A DNA stretch of 64,000 nt from Octopus sinensis. Its lineage: Eukaryota. Location: positions 25,048,001 through 25,112,000 of the forward strand of contig NC_043000.1 in the NCBI RefSeq assembly GCF_006345805.1, written 5' to 3'. This document shows, piece after piece, positions 22,746-34,009 of this stretch. The translations under genes and the position numbers were made by a program. The stretch's first letter is position 1, and each line of letters opens with the position of its first letter. Below the pieces are notes generated by a model. It did no database searches, had not been told where the DNA came from, and saw only the letters and a program-made list of their open reading frames with translations.

Positions 22746-23459
22746 AAACCATGTATTAATTTCCCACCTAACAAATGCATTCACAAGTCTTTGGTGGATC
22801 CAAGACTAGCTTCCAGTTTCAGTTCCTAGCTACTCTTAGACAAAGAATACCAGTGCTCATGAGCTCATCTATGTTCTCTGGAACTAGTAGAAGCAAAAGA
22901 ATATACTGTTCCCAGGCTGGAAATCCAACTTGAAATTTTGTAGCAGGGTACAGCCAGCCATGAGTCATTAAACTGTTAGTATGTAATATAGGTACCCCAT
23001 GAGTTTGCTGACTTTTATAAGTGACAATGAGGTCGTGAACAAACATAGACAGGCTCTCCCTTAATCTTGACCCAGCAGAACATCTGCATTATAATAGCTG
23101 GAGGGAGGAAAAGTTGCATTACCACACATAAATCCAAGTAAATTGTAGTAATGTAGAAAGATGTAAGTTACTTAAGGCTAGTTTTGCCCCTCAGTCCAAG
23201 AGTTGAATCTACAACCAAATGCTCATGACTTAACTCCCTAATCATGAAGTCATGTCACTTGGAACAAAGTGGGTTCTGCAAAAGGCACCCATGAACCAAG
23301 TGGGGTTATTAAACCTGGCAACAGATTAAAGTTGTTGATAGGTTCTTGGGAAGTAAAACTTAAGGTAAAATTGGTTTTGCTTTTGAGCAAAATTAATTCC
23401 TCCATAAGATCGATGATAGGCAGAAGTTTCTATGATATATTCCTCCTCCTCCTCCTCCT

Positions 23460-23665
23460 CCTCCTCCTCATCATCATCGTTTAACGTCCGTTTTCCATAC
23501 TGGCATGGGATGGACAGTTTGACTGGAGCCTGGGAAGCCAGGAGGCTGCACCAGGCCCCAATCTGATTTGGCAGTGTTTTTACAGCTGGATGCGCTTCCC
23601 TAACACCATCCACTTTGAGAGTGTAGTGGGTGCTTTTTATGTGCCACTGGCACAGGGGCCAGAGG
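23460..23665 (-). mobile_element. RTE 3' terminal fragment
   Basis: catcgtttaacgtccgttttccat... tail. Confidence 0.85.
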
Positions 23666-23864
23666 AGATAAAATCTTCATTAAACTTCTAACCAAAACCC
23701 AGTATTGCACATTCAGGTGTTTCTCGTATTTTTCATGTAGTTTTCATTTGTAAGATGATAAATTCATTTTTTTTGTATCCTTTACAATCATCTGAAGATC
23801 AAAAATGTGAAACTCAGAGTATTACTGTACATGTACCAGCATATAAGATGTGCTATTTACACTC

Positions 23865-24339
23865 TTAACCCTTCATATGCCAACCTACCAAAGACCACTT
23901 CTGGTTCTATGATACAAGCTTTATGTTTTATAGTAATCTAAATTAAAACCATCCATCAAAACTTTGTTTATTTATGGTCCAAACATCAGCTTTATGATGT
24001 CAAAATCATTTGGTTAAATTCTTCATTCTTTTCAAAATCAATTGAAACAAACACAGTGTATTTCAACAGAAATACAGTAAGAAGACGGCGAGCTGGCAGA
24101 AACATTAGCACCCTGGGTGAAAGGCTTAGTGGCATTTCATCTGCCGTTACGTTCTGAGTTCAAATTCCGCCAAGGTCGACTTTGGCTTTCATCTTTTCGG
24201 GGTTGATAAATTAAGTACCAGTTACGCACTGGGGTCAATGTAATTGACTTAATCCCTTTGTCTGTCCTTGTTTGTCCCATCTATGTTTAGCCCCTTGTGG
24301 ACTATAAAGAAATAAGAAATACAGTAACAAAAGTGTTAA
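23865..24339. mobile_element. TTAA-bounded (piggyBac-like) MITE split by a SINE insertion
   Basis: ttaaccctt...aaagtgttaa ends; similar to 56601-56833, 5040-5178 and 26170-26300. Confidence 0.6.
24081..24314 (+). mobile_element. tRNA-SINE family B with 13-bp TSD
   Basis: TSD agaaatacagtaa at 24068-24080 and 24315-24327; B-box gagttcaaattcc; conserved core gactttggctttcatc..ggggttgataaattaagtaccag. Confidence 0.9.
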
Positions 24340-24424
24340 TAGTAACAAAAAATTACCATTCATCTAAGGTGATCGTATTACACATGCCATATCGATTGTA
24401 TAAGTGTATGATGAAAAAGATTAA

Positions 24425-24718
24425 ATTTACATTATTTACATTTGATGGATATTTGTCCTCATTTTGTTTGTTGTTAACACAACAATTCGGCTGATATACC
24501 CTTCAGCCTTCATCAGGTGTCTTGAGGAAATTTCGAACCTGAGTTCCCATTCCTAAGGTATTTTTCAATGTTATTATTATTATTATTATTATTCAGGTCA
24601 CTGCCTGGAATCGAACTCGGAATCTTAGGGTTAGTAGCCCACGCTCTTAACCACTACGCCATATGCCCGTGAGCATGTAAATAATGTACATAATTCCTCA
24701 TCTCTTAATTATAGAACT
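24425..24718 (-). mobile_element. tRNA-headed hammerhead-containing element (24425-24671, minus strand) plus inverted 3' tail (24676-24718, plus strand)
   Basis: Minus strand: A box TGGCGTAGTGG, B box GAGTTCGATTCC, (AAT)n, then a hammerhead. It shares sequence with both arms of 43245-43701. Confidence 0.85.
24476..24521 (-). ncRNA. Minimal type-I hammerhead motif, mutated in stem III
   Basis: GACAC-CUGAUGA-A-GGCUG(aagggtatat)CAGCC-GAAuuGUU-GUGUU; positions 15.1 and 15.2 are changed relative to the 43.3 kb copy. Confidence 0.7.
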
Positions 24719-25351
24719 GCAGATTAAATTTGTTTTTCCCTCAGAATATACTTGTAAAATAGGGATGCATCTTATGCGAGGCTGTATCTTGTATGCTAGC
24801 AAATTATTTAAAACAACCATTTAATCTCTCTTTTGTTAATTTCAAAGAAACATTTTTCTCATTTGAGAAGATTCAGTTTCAGTGTTGTAAATAACTATTT
24901 GTCTCTGTGTATGCTTGTTTTAGTTCCCTACCATCATCTTTTTCCTTTCTTAATTGACTTCCAGCCAGGTAAAGCAAGAGGGAAGAGTTCAATGACTTAA
25001 TAAATGACACATTATACAAGGAATGATTGAAGACAAATTCTCTCTCTTTCTCCATCCAATTGGCTGACATCTAATCCATCTGGCTATTATTATGACCTCT
25101 CTCTCTCTCTCTTGCTCAGCCCTACATTAATCTCTTTATTAGACTTAAGTATCACTTTACTATTCTCAAAAAGAATATTCTGTTTTTCTGGAAGCATGCA
25201 GCAACACTTCTTCCACCTCGTTTTGTCCATAAACTCTGCAGTCGTCCATAAATTATCACTCTGTCTGAAATCTAGTTTGCATGGATGTGTGTTTGTGCAT
25301 GAATGTGTGTGAATATGTGTGTGCATGTGCATCGAGGGAGCATGTGTGCAT

Positions 25352-25384
<33 letters not shown>

Positions 25385-25434
25385 ATGCTGTTAACTCTTT
25401 TGTTACCAACAATGGGAAATGCTCTTCCACTGCT

Positions 25435-25680
25435 TTATTTAATTCTTTATTGCCCACAAGGGGCTAAACATAGAGAGGACAAACAAGGACAGGAAAAGGG
25501 ACTAAGTCAATAATATTGACCCCAGTGCGTAACTGGTACTTATTTAATCGACCCCAAAAGGATGAAAGGCAAAGTCGACCTTGGTGGAATTTGAGCTCAG
25601 AATGTAGCGGCAGACGAAATACCACTAAGCATTTCACCTGGTGTGCTAATGATTCTGCTAGCTCACTGCCTTCCACTGCT
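25435..25680 (-). mobile_element. SINE family B
   Basis: Reverse complement of 24081-24314. Confidence 0.85.
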
Positions 25681-26354
25681 TTATTTACCATGGTGCCTGT
25701 TTCCAAACCAACCCAAATTCTTCTGCATTAAAATCTTGATTTGGTGGATCTTTACTTCTTTCCGTTTTTCATTTCCACTGCTTTTGCTGATTTCTATGAC
25801 TCTCTGTCGCCATCCAGTTCCATGATTATAATTTTGAATTGGGAGCCTGTGTCACAGTGGATCTTCATTAGCTGATTGCACAGCCATGGATGCCACCCCT
25901 AGGATGCATTGCAGTTACTCACTTGGTAGAGCTTGCTGCTCCCAACCATTGATCTTCTAGCATTCCCATTGGTCTTCTAGGATTCTCATTGATCTTTTAT
26001 GGTTCTCATTGATCTTCAATGTGAGTGAGCCAACAGCAATAACATACACTCACTGGCATCACCATGTGGTCAAGAAGTTTGCAACCCAAGCACATGGAAG
26101 ACATTTGCCAAATGTGCAAATTGCCATACACTGGGATAGAATTCAAAACCATGTAACTGTGGTGAAAATTTCTTAATCCCTTTGTTACCATATTGCTGTC
26201 TTTTGTCTCAATCAATTTTGAAAACATTGAAGAATTTAGTAAGATAACTTTGTTGTTAACAAACTGGTGTTTGAAATATAAATTTACTGGAAATTTTGAC
26301 TGAAGGATTGTATGATGCTGGTGCATGAATAGGTATGCTCCATGGTAGTGAGAT

Positions 26355-26985
26355 CATCATCATCATCGTTTAACGTCCGCTTTCCATGCTGGCATGGGTT
26401 GGACGATTTGACCGAGGACTGGCAAACCAGATGGCTGCATCAGGCTCCAATATGATCTGGCAAAGTTTCCTCATGCCAACCACTCCAAGAGTGTAGTGGG
26501 TGCTTTTACATGCCACCGACATGAGGGCCAGTCAGCCGGTACTAGCAATGGCCACGCTCAAATGGTGCTTTTTACATGCCACCTGCACAGGAGCCAGTCC
26601 AGTAATACTGGCAATGACCTTGCTCGAATGTTTTTCATGTGCTTCCGGCACAAGTGCCAGTAAGGCGACGTGGGCTCGAAATGCAGAAGACATGCATAGA
26701 TTAGAGAGGAATGAAGGTAGTATGCTCTGTTGGATGTGCAGCATAAGTGTGCATGTGTGACAAAGTGCAAATGTGTTGAGAGAAAAGTTGAGCAGAAGAG
26801 AAATCAGATGCAGCAGGCAAGAGAGAAGACTATGTTGGTTTGGACATGTGATGCATATGAATGAAGACGGCTGCATAAAGAAGTGTCGATCACTGAAAGT
26901 GGATGGTACCTATGGAAGAGGGAGACCCAGGAAGACATGGGATGAAGTGGTGAGGACCGATCTCAGGATGTTGGGTCTCTGCTAT
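26355..26985. mobile_element. RTE insertion with inversion: 3' UTR on minus (26355-26665) joined to an ORF piece on plus (26668-26985)
   Basis: Plus strand reads WARNAEDMHRLERNEGSMLCWMC..RRLCWFGHVMHMNEDGCIKKC..GRGRPRKTWDEVVRTDLRMLG. Confidence 0.75.
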
Positions 26986-27141
26986 TTCCAGTTGGGTCGA
27001 CATTTGACAGACTCTCTTTCTCCCATTCATTCTCTTCATTTAGCAACCTGTCATAGCAGTGTCTCCAAGTCTCTCTCTTAGCAGCTTCATTAAGTCCAAG
27101 TGAGCCATCATCCTTGTGGAAACATTTCTCTCCTATGATAT

Positions 27142-27199
<58 letters not shown>

Positions 27200-27520
27200 A
27201 TCATCATCATCATCGTTTAACGTCCGTTCTCCATGCTAGCATGGGTTGGACGGTTCGGCCGGAATCTAGGAGGCCGGAAGGCTGCACCAGGCTCCAGTCT
27301 GATCTGGCAGAGTTTCTACAGCTGGATGCCTTTCCTAACACCAACCATTCCATGAGTGTAGTGGGTGCTTTTTATGTCCCAGGCGAGGCTGGCAACGGCC
27401 ATGATCGGATTGGTGCTTTTTACATGCCACCGGCGCGGAAGCCAGTCAAGGCAGCGCTGGCATTGGCCATGTCCGGATGGTGCTTTTTACATGCCACCGG
27501 CACAGGGATCACATCTACAT
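27200..27520 (-). mobile_element. RTE 3' UTR fragment
   Basis: Family match; flanked by TA/TG repeats. Confidence 0.85.
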
Positions 27521-27531
27521 ATATATATATA

Positions 27532-28290
27532 TACTAACAATATAGGATGAAGACCCTTTCTCTACAGAAAAGGAATCCATCAGGAAGCGTGGGCAGTATA
27601 TTTAAAAAAACCGTTACGGTTGAAGTATAAACATCATATAATTAAGGGCTAAAGAGGGTTATTCTAAAGCCAATACACTGATTTATCCACTTATAATCCG
27701 CTTGCTACAGGAGAATTGAAACTGAAAACGGGCATAAAAGTGGATTAATCAGTGTATTGGCTTTAGAATAACCCTCTTTAGCCCTTAATTATATGATGTT
27801 TATACTTCAACCGTAACGGTTTTTTTAAATATACTGCCCACGCTTCCTGATGGATTCCTTTTCTGTAGAGAAAGGGTCTTCATCCTATATTGTTAGTAGT
27901 AAACTCGCTGCTTGCTACGGGAGGACCGGTAACCATTACAATTTGTAGCGGCGAAAGGTCAAGACGTTGTTTCTGAGGCTGACCAAAGAATTTTTATTTT
28001 TAGATATAAGTGATGTACTCAAGTGTAGTTATGTTTTTAGCTTGTGCTTTTTCCATGATCATACGTGAGTATTTTATTTATATCCCATTGAAAGCTCTAC
28101 TGAAGAAAGAATATATCTTTTATAAGATTAATTCTGAAATTGATTCAATATAGAGATAACGAAATTTAAAATTTCTAAAGGTTAGTTGCCCGTTTTCAGT
28201 TTCAATTCTCCTGTAGCAAGCGGATTATAAGTGGATAAATCAGTGTATTGGCTTTAGAATAACCCTCTTTAGCCCTTAATTATATGATGT
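27532..28290. mobile_element. Unclassified young element: 161-bp inverted arms plus a 491-bp-period direct repeat, inserted in (TA)n
   Basis: 27532-27692 is the reverse complement of 27738-27898 with 1 mismatch; 28189-28290 is the reverse complement of 27631-27733. Confidence 0.8.
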
Positions 28291-28325
28291 ATATATATAT
28301 ATATATATGTATGTATGTGTATATA

Positions 28326-28850
28326 TCATCATCATCATCATTTAACGTCCGCTTTCCATGCTAGCATGGGTTGGACGGTTCAACTTGGGTCTGGGGAGCC
28401 CGAAGGCTGCACCAGGCCAGTCAGATCTGGCAGTGTTTCTATAGCTGGATGCCCTTCCTAACGCCAACCACTCCGAGAGTGTAGTGGGTGATTTCATGTT
28501 CCACCGACACAGGTGCCAGACGAGGCTGGCGAACGGCCACGCTCGGATGATGTTTTTTATGTGCCACCGACACAGCACGCTCGGATGGTGTTTTTTATGT
28601 GCCACCGACACAGGTGCCAGACGAGGCTGGCAGACGGCCACGCTCGGATGGTGTTTTTATGTGCCACCGACACAGGTGCCAGATGAGGCTGGCGAACGGC
28701 CACGATCGGACGGTGTTTGTTACGTGCCCACAGCACGGAGGCCAGTCGATGCGGTACTGGCTACGGCCACGTTCGGATGGTTTTCTTGAGTGCCACCGGC
28801 ACTGGTACCACAAAGATACAAATTCCATTGATGTTCATCTATTTTGATTT
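28326..28850 (-). mobile_element. RTE 3' UTR fragment with expanded ~63-bp subrepeats
   Basis: gtgccaccgacacaggtgccagacgaggctggc..ggccacgctcggatgg occurs three or more times. Confidence 0.85.
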
Positions 28851-28904
28851 GTTTTGATTATATATATATATATATATATATACATACATAAATACACATA
28901 ATGG

Positions 28905-29045
28905 GCTTCTTTCAGTTTCCCCCCTACCAAATCTGCCCACAACACTTTGGTTGGCCCAGGGCTGGAGAAGACACTTGCCCAAGGTGCCACACAGTGGAAC
29001 TGAACCTGGGACCACATGCTTTGGTTGCAAACTTCCTGACCACAT
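28905..29045 (-). mobile_element. SINE family A head
   Basis: Reverse-complement family match. Confidence 0.75.
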
Positions 29046-29439
29046 CGTTATGCCTATGTCACGACTGTGTGTTATTCCTATTGGCTCACTCTATCACTGT
29101 CATCTTAACTAATGCTACAATCTATTTGCTCCAAGTCTAAATTGATTTCCTTATCAACAATGTATGTGTCTTTAAAGAGTTCGTTTACTGACTGTCAGCT
29201 TGTTACGCTACATCATAGCAACTTTTATATAGACACTCTGCAAAACTAACCAATTTCTGTCCTGCATACCAAGTGGAATTAGTTGTCTGTTGATTTTGAT
29301 TGCGGAGGTTCCAACCATTTATTCGTGTCTTCAATAGTTTTAAATCTATTTTTGTACAGGTTTCCAAAATTACTTCCGCAGTGAGACATCGTTTATATGC
29401 AGAAACACATTTGCATATCTGGTTTAAAGGCAGAGATGT

Positions 29440-30074
29440 GTCATCATCATCATTGACATCGTCATCATTGACATCATTATCATTGACATCATCATCATCA
29501 TCATCATCATCGTCATCATCATCATTGACATTATCATCATTGACATCATCATCATTGACATCGCCATCGTCATCATCATCATTGACATCATCATCATCAT
29601 CATCGTCACCATCATCATTGACATCATCATCATTGACATCACCATCATTGACATCGCCATCATTGACATTGTCATCATTGACATCATCATCATTGACATC
29701 ATCATCATCGTCATCATCATCATTGACATCATCATCATTGACATCATCATCGACATCATCATCATTGACATCATCATCATCGACATCATCATCATGGTCA
29801 TCATCATCATTGACATCATCATCACCGTCATCATCATCATTGACATCATCATCATCGACATCATCATCATCGTTATCATCATCTTCAACATCATCATCAT
29901 TGACTTCATCATCATTGACATCATCATCATCATCATCATTGACATCATCACTGTCATCATCATCATTGACATCATCATCATCGACATCATCATCATCGTT
30001 ATCATCATCATTGACATCATCATCATTGACATCGTCATCATCGTCATCATCATCATTGATATCATCATCATTGA

Positions 30075-30105
<31 letters not shown>

Positions 30106-30340
30106 ATCATCATCATTGACTTCATCATCATTGACTTCATCATCATTGACATCATCATCATCATCATCATTGACATCATCATCGTCATCATCATCATCAT
30201 CGTCATCATCATCATTGACATCATCATCATCATTGACATCATCATCATCGTCATCATCATCATCGTCATCATCATCATTGACATCATCATCATCGTCATC
30301 ATCATCATTGTCATCTTCAGTGTTATTATGGTCATCATTG
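29440..30340. repeat. ~900-bp (ATC)n-derived array punctuated by TTGACA (unit about CATCATCATTGACAT)
   Basis: Direct reading. Confidence 0.95.
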
Positions 30341-30620
30341 ATTTAATGTCCACTTTTCCATTTTTGCATGTATTAGAAGGAATACATCAAGGCAGATTTT
30401 CTACAGCTAGAAGCTCTTCCTGTCACCAACCCTCACTTATTTCCAACTAAAGCAATACTACCCCAGGCCCAGAACCTGTTTCACACAGAATATAAGAGAT
30501 GGACGCTGCTTGTATAACAGTGACGTTCATTTACAGCTATAACATGATGTCAAGACAAGGATAAATTCACACACACTCATACACATATGTTCACACTCAC
30601 ACATACACACACACAAATAG

Positions 30621-30925
30621 GTGGTAAGAAAGGCTGTGTAGTAAGAAGCTTGCTTCCCAAACACATGGTTCTGGGTTCAGTCCCACTGCATGACACCATG
30701 GGCAAGTGTTTTCTACTATAGCCCCAGGTCAACCAAAACCTCATGAATAGATTTTGGTGAATGCATTTGGAGAAGTCTCTTGTATATATTTGTATATGTA
30801 CATATGTATATATGTATATATATCTATGAGTGTGTGTCTTTGTGTCTGTGTTTGTCCTCCCATCACCACTTGTCAAGCGGTGTTGGTGTGTTTATGTCCC
30901 TGTAACCTAGCTCTTTGGCTAAAGA

Positions 30926-30957
<32 letters not shown>

Positions 30958-31244
30958 AGCTTCTTTCAGTTTCCATCGACCTGTTCCAGTCTGCAGGTTT
31001 TGGTCTCCCTGTAGCTTTGGTAGAAGACACTTGGTCAAAGTGCCACACAGTGAGATGGAACCTCAGACTATGAGGCTGCAAAGCAAACTTGTTAACAACA
31101 CAACCATACCTGCAGCCAAAAGTGAAATTATTTTCTAATTAATCAACTTTATCTCTGCTAATTAAATTGTTCCAAATTACAAGCTCTAAGGTGGTTTGTG
31201 TCAGCAAAGGATATACATACATACAAGCACATACACACACACAA

Positions 31245-31280
<36 letters not shown>

Positions 31281-31512
31281 CTAAATATATATATTCTTTT
31301 ATTCTTTTACTTGTTTCAGTTGTTTGACTGTGGTCATGCTGGAGCATCACCTTTTAGTCAAACAACTCAACCCAAGGACTTATTCTTTGTAAGCCTATTA
31401 CTTATTCTATCGATCTCTTTTGCTGAACCACTAAGTTACAGGGACATAAACTAACCAACATTGATTGTCAAGCGATGGTGGGGAGGAGGACAAACACAGA
31501 CACTCAGATAAA
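30621..31512. mobile_element. Cluster of SINE A pieces (+ 30621-30925; - 30955-31115; - 31295-31512)
   Basis: Family matches in both orientations. Confidence 0.8.
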
Positions 31513-31557
31513 TACATACATATATGTGTATATATATATGTGTGTATATATGTATGT

Positions 31558-31745
31558 ATCATCATCATCATCATCATCATCATCGTTTAACGTCCGTTCT
31601 CCATGCTAGCATGGGTTGGACGGTTCGACCGGGGATCTGGGAAGCCAGAAGGCTGCACCAGGCTCCAGTCTTATCTGGCAATGTTTCTACAGCTGGATGC
31701 CCTTCCTAACGCCAACCACTCCGTGAGTGTAGTGGGTGCTTTTTA
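31558..31745 (-). mobile_element. RTE 3' terminal fragment followed by a long (TA)n-rich tract (to ~32030)
   Basis: Family match. Confidence 0.85.
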
Positions 31746-31747
31746 TG

Positions 31748-31816
<69 letters not shown>

Positions 31817-31824
31817 TATATAAT

Positions 31825-31868
<44 letters not shown>

Positions 31869-31869
31869 C

Positions 31870-31901
<32 letters not shown>

Positions 31902-32644
31902 TATTATCTCTATATATATACTCTAAACATTAGAGCTTCTTTTAGTGCTAATTTTTCAGATATATGATCCACTGACAATATATATATATATATCGTTTTA
32001 TGTATATATATGCATATATATGATTGAAAACCTTGGAAACATGGATTTGTCATTAAAGATGATTCTGTCATAACAAATATATGATAAGTAACATATCTGT
32101 AAAAATAATAATATGGTGACTCTGTAGATCAATATACTTTTTGCATACAAATGTAATTACGAATATCTAAAATGCATCTATGTTTCTAGCGCTTTCTTGA
32201 TAATTAAACGAAATTCCACAACTAAATACACACCCACACATACATATCTGCATCCACTTATTGTATAATATCATGTGTGTGTATGTGTGTGTGTGTGTGT
32301 GTACATATTTATGTATGCTTCTGCACACATACATATGTTCAAATCATTGTTATTATTTGAAACTTATATTGCGATATGAAAATCAATTTTCCATTTTCAT
32401 AAGCAATCATTGATAGAATCTCTTCATTGCTTCTTGGAGTGGAATGGCGTTCAGAAATGACTAACTAAAGCCATAGAATATTCTTAGTTTTCTAAATTGA
32501 CTTCTGTGCTAAATAGTTCTATGTTGAGTAGCTTCACTCAGCTTAGCTCCTAATGAGTCATCGTATGAATTGGTTAACACATAACTGTGCTGTAGCGCTT
32601 CATGGAAGTACCTAGAACACCTTCTGAGCCCTTATTAATTAATA

Positions 32645-32828
32645 GGCGCAGGAGTGGCTGTGTGGTAAGTACCTTGCTTACCAACCACATGGTTCTGGGC
32701 TCATTCCCACTGTGTGGCACCTTGGGCAAGTGTCTTCTACTATAGTCTCGGCCCAACCAAAGCCTTCTGAGTGGATTTGGTAAATGGAAACTGAAAGAAG
32801 CCCGTTGTATATATATATATATGTGTGT

Positions 32829-32859
<31 letters not shown>

Positions 32860-33077
32860 CATGTTTGTGTGTTTGTGTATATGTTTGTGTGTCTGTGTTT
32901 GTCCCCACAACATCGCTTGACAAGCGATGGTGGTGTGTTTACGTAAGTGAAAGAGACTGACAGAATAAATACTAGGCTTCCAAAGAATAAGTCCTGGGGT
33001 TGATTTGCTTGACTAAAGGTGGTGCTCCAGCATGGCAGCACTCAAATGACTGAAACAAGTAAAAGAGTAAAGAGAGT
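32645..33077 (+). mobile_element. SINE family A, full length
   Basis: Family match. Confidence 0.9.
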
Positions 33078-33254
33078 AATTGTACTTGTGGTGGCATCCA
33101 CTTGGGGTAGGTTGAGCTGGTTCTGATCAATGTGTTCCCTATGTCCCTCAGGATGGCTGACCATACCTGATGGTCAACTGCAGTCAAGGCTGTGATGGTA
33201 ACTGGGAGAGCAAATGCATTGGGTGACTTGGGTGCTGTTGGTAATGTGACCCTT

Positions 33255-33460
33255 ATGAGTCATGCTGATTCATAAGGGCCAGTTTCCTGGTTTCCATGGC
33301 AAATGTGTTCCCCTCCTGGATGGGATGCTAGTCCCTTGCATGGTTACTCTTTTTCACCCATTGAGTGGACTGCAGCAACGTGAAAGTGTTTTGCTCAAGA
33401 ACACAATATGTCGCTCAGTTCAAGAATTGAAACTACCATCTTACAATCAGCACCCTAACC
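33255..33460 (-). mobile_element. tRNA-SINE, head D / tail E type, diverged
   Basis: Reverse-complement similarity to 55053-55315. Confidence 0.65.
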
Positions 33461-33530
33461 CAGCGTTTCTCAACCAGGGTTCCCTGGAACCTTAGTGTTC
33501 TGCAAGAGGTTCCTCGGGATTCTGTGAGAA
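33461..33530 (+). mobile_element. hAT-like terminal fragment
   Basis: Begins CAGCGTTTCTCAACCAGGGTTCC, resembling hAT/Charlie-type termini; no partner end found. Confidence 0.35.
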
Positions 33531-33629
33531 AGAGCGAGATAAGCTAATGCTAATTTCATGATCACAATATTACTATACATGCACAACATATAACTGATTA
33601 TTGTAATATTCTTTTCTACTCTAGTCACA

Positions 33630-33985
33630 AGGCCCAAAATTTTTGGGGAAGTGAGTCAGTCGATTATATTGACCCCACTATACAACTGGTACTTAATTTA
33701 TTGACCCCAAAAGGATGAAAGGCAAAGTTGACCTCAGCGGAATTTGAACTCAGAATATAAAGACAGACGAAATACCTATTTCTTTATTACCTTATTACCC
33801 ACAAGGGGCTAAACACAGAGGGTACAAACAAGGACAGACATAGGTATTAAGTCGATTACATCGACCCCAGTGCGTAACTGGTACTTAATTTATCGACCCC
33901 AAAAGGATGAAAGGCAAAGTCGACAGACGAAATACCACTAAGTATTTCACCCGGCATGCTAATGGTTCTGCCAGCTTGCTGCCTT
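33630..33985 (-). mobile_element. SINE family B, dimeric-core form
   Basis: Two copies of the aaaggatgaaaggcaaagt core separated by the aaggggctaaacacagag spacer. Confidence 0.8.
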
Positions 33986-34009
33986 TGGCTATTGTAATAT
34001 TGTAATCAT

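Noticed and set aside
22780-23330. Unique-looking sequence with 71-75 aa ORFs
   Set aside because: There are stops in all long frames, and no recognisable motif or convincing splice pair.
24600-24671. Functional tRNA gene with ACT anticodon (also 43461-43530)
   Set aside because: The acceptor stem cannot form and the T-stem is broken; it is a SINE head.
27840-27890. Hammerhead in the palindromic element (CTGATGG...GAAAGGGTC)
   Set aside because: The core is CUGAUGG, and stems I and III do not pair.
29300-30450. 348-aa Ser-rich, 309-aa Met-rich and 218-aa Ile-rich ORFs
   Set aside because: They are frame-preserving trinucleotide array translations with no coding evidence.
32574-33041. Recurrent ORFs ending ..[21 protein letters not shown].. 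(also 1980, 16898, 43863, 46580)
   Set aside because: They are antisense translations of SINE family A.
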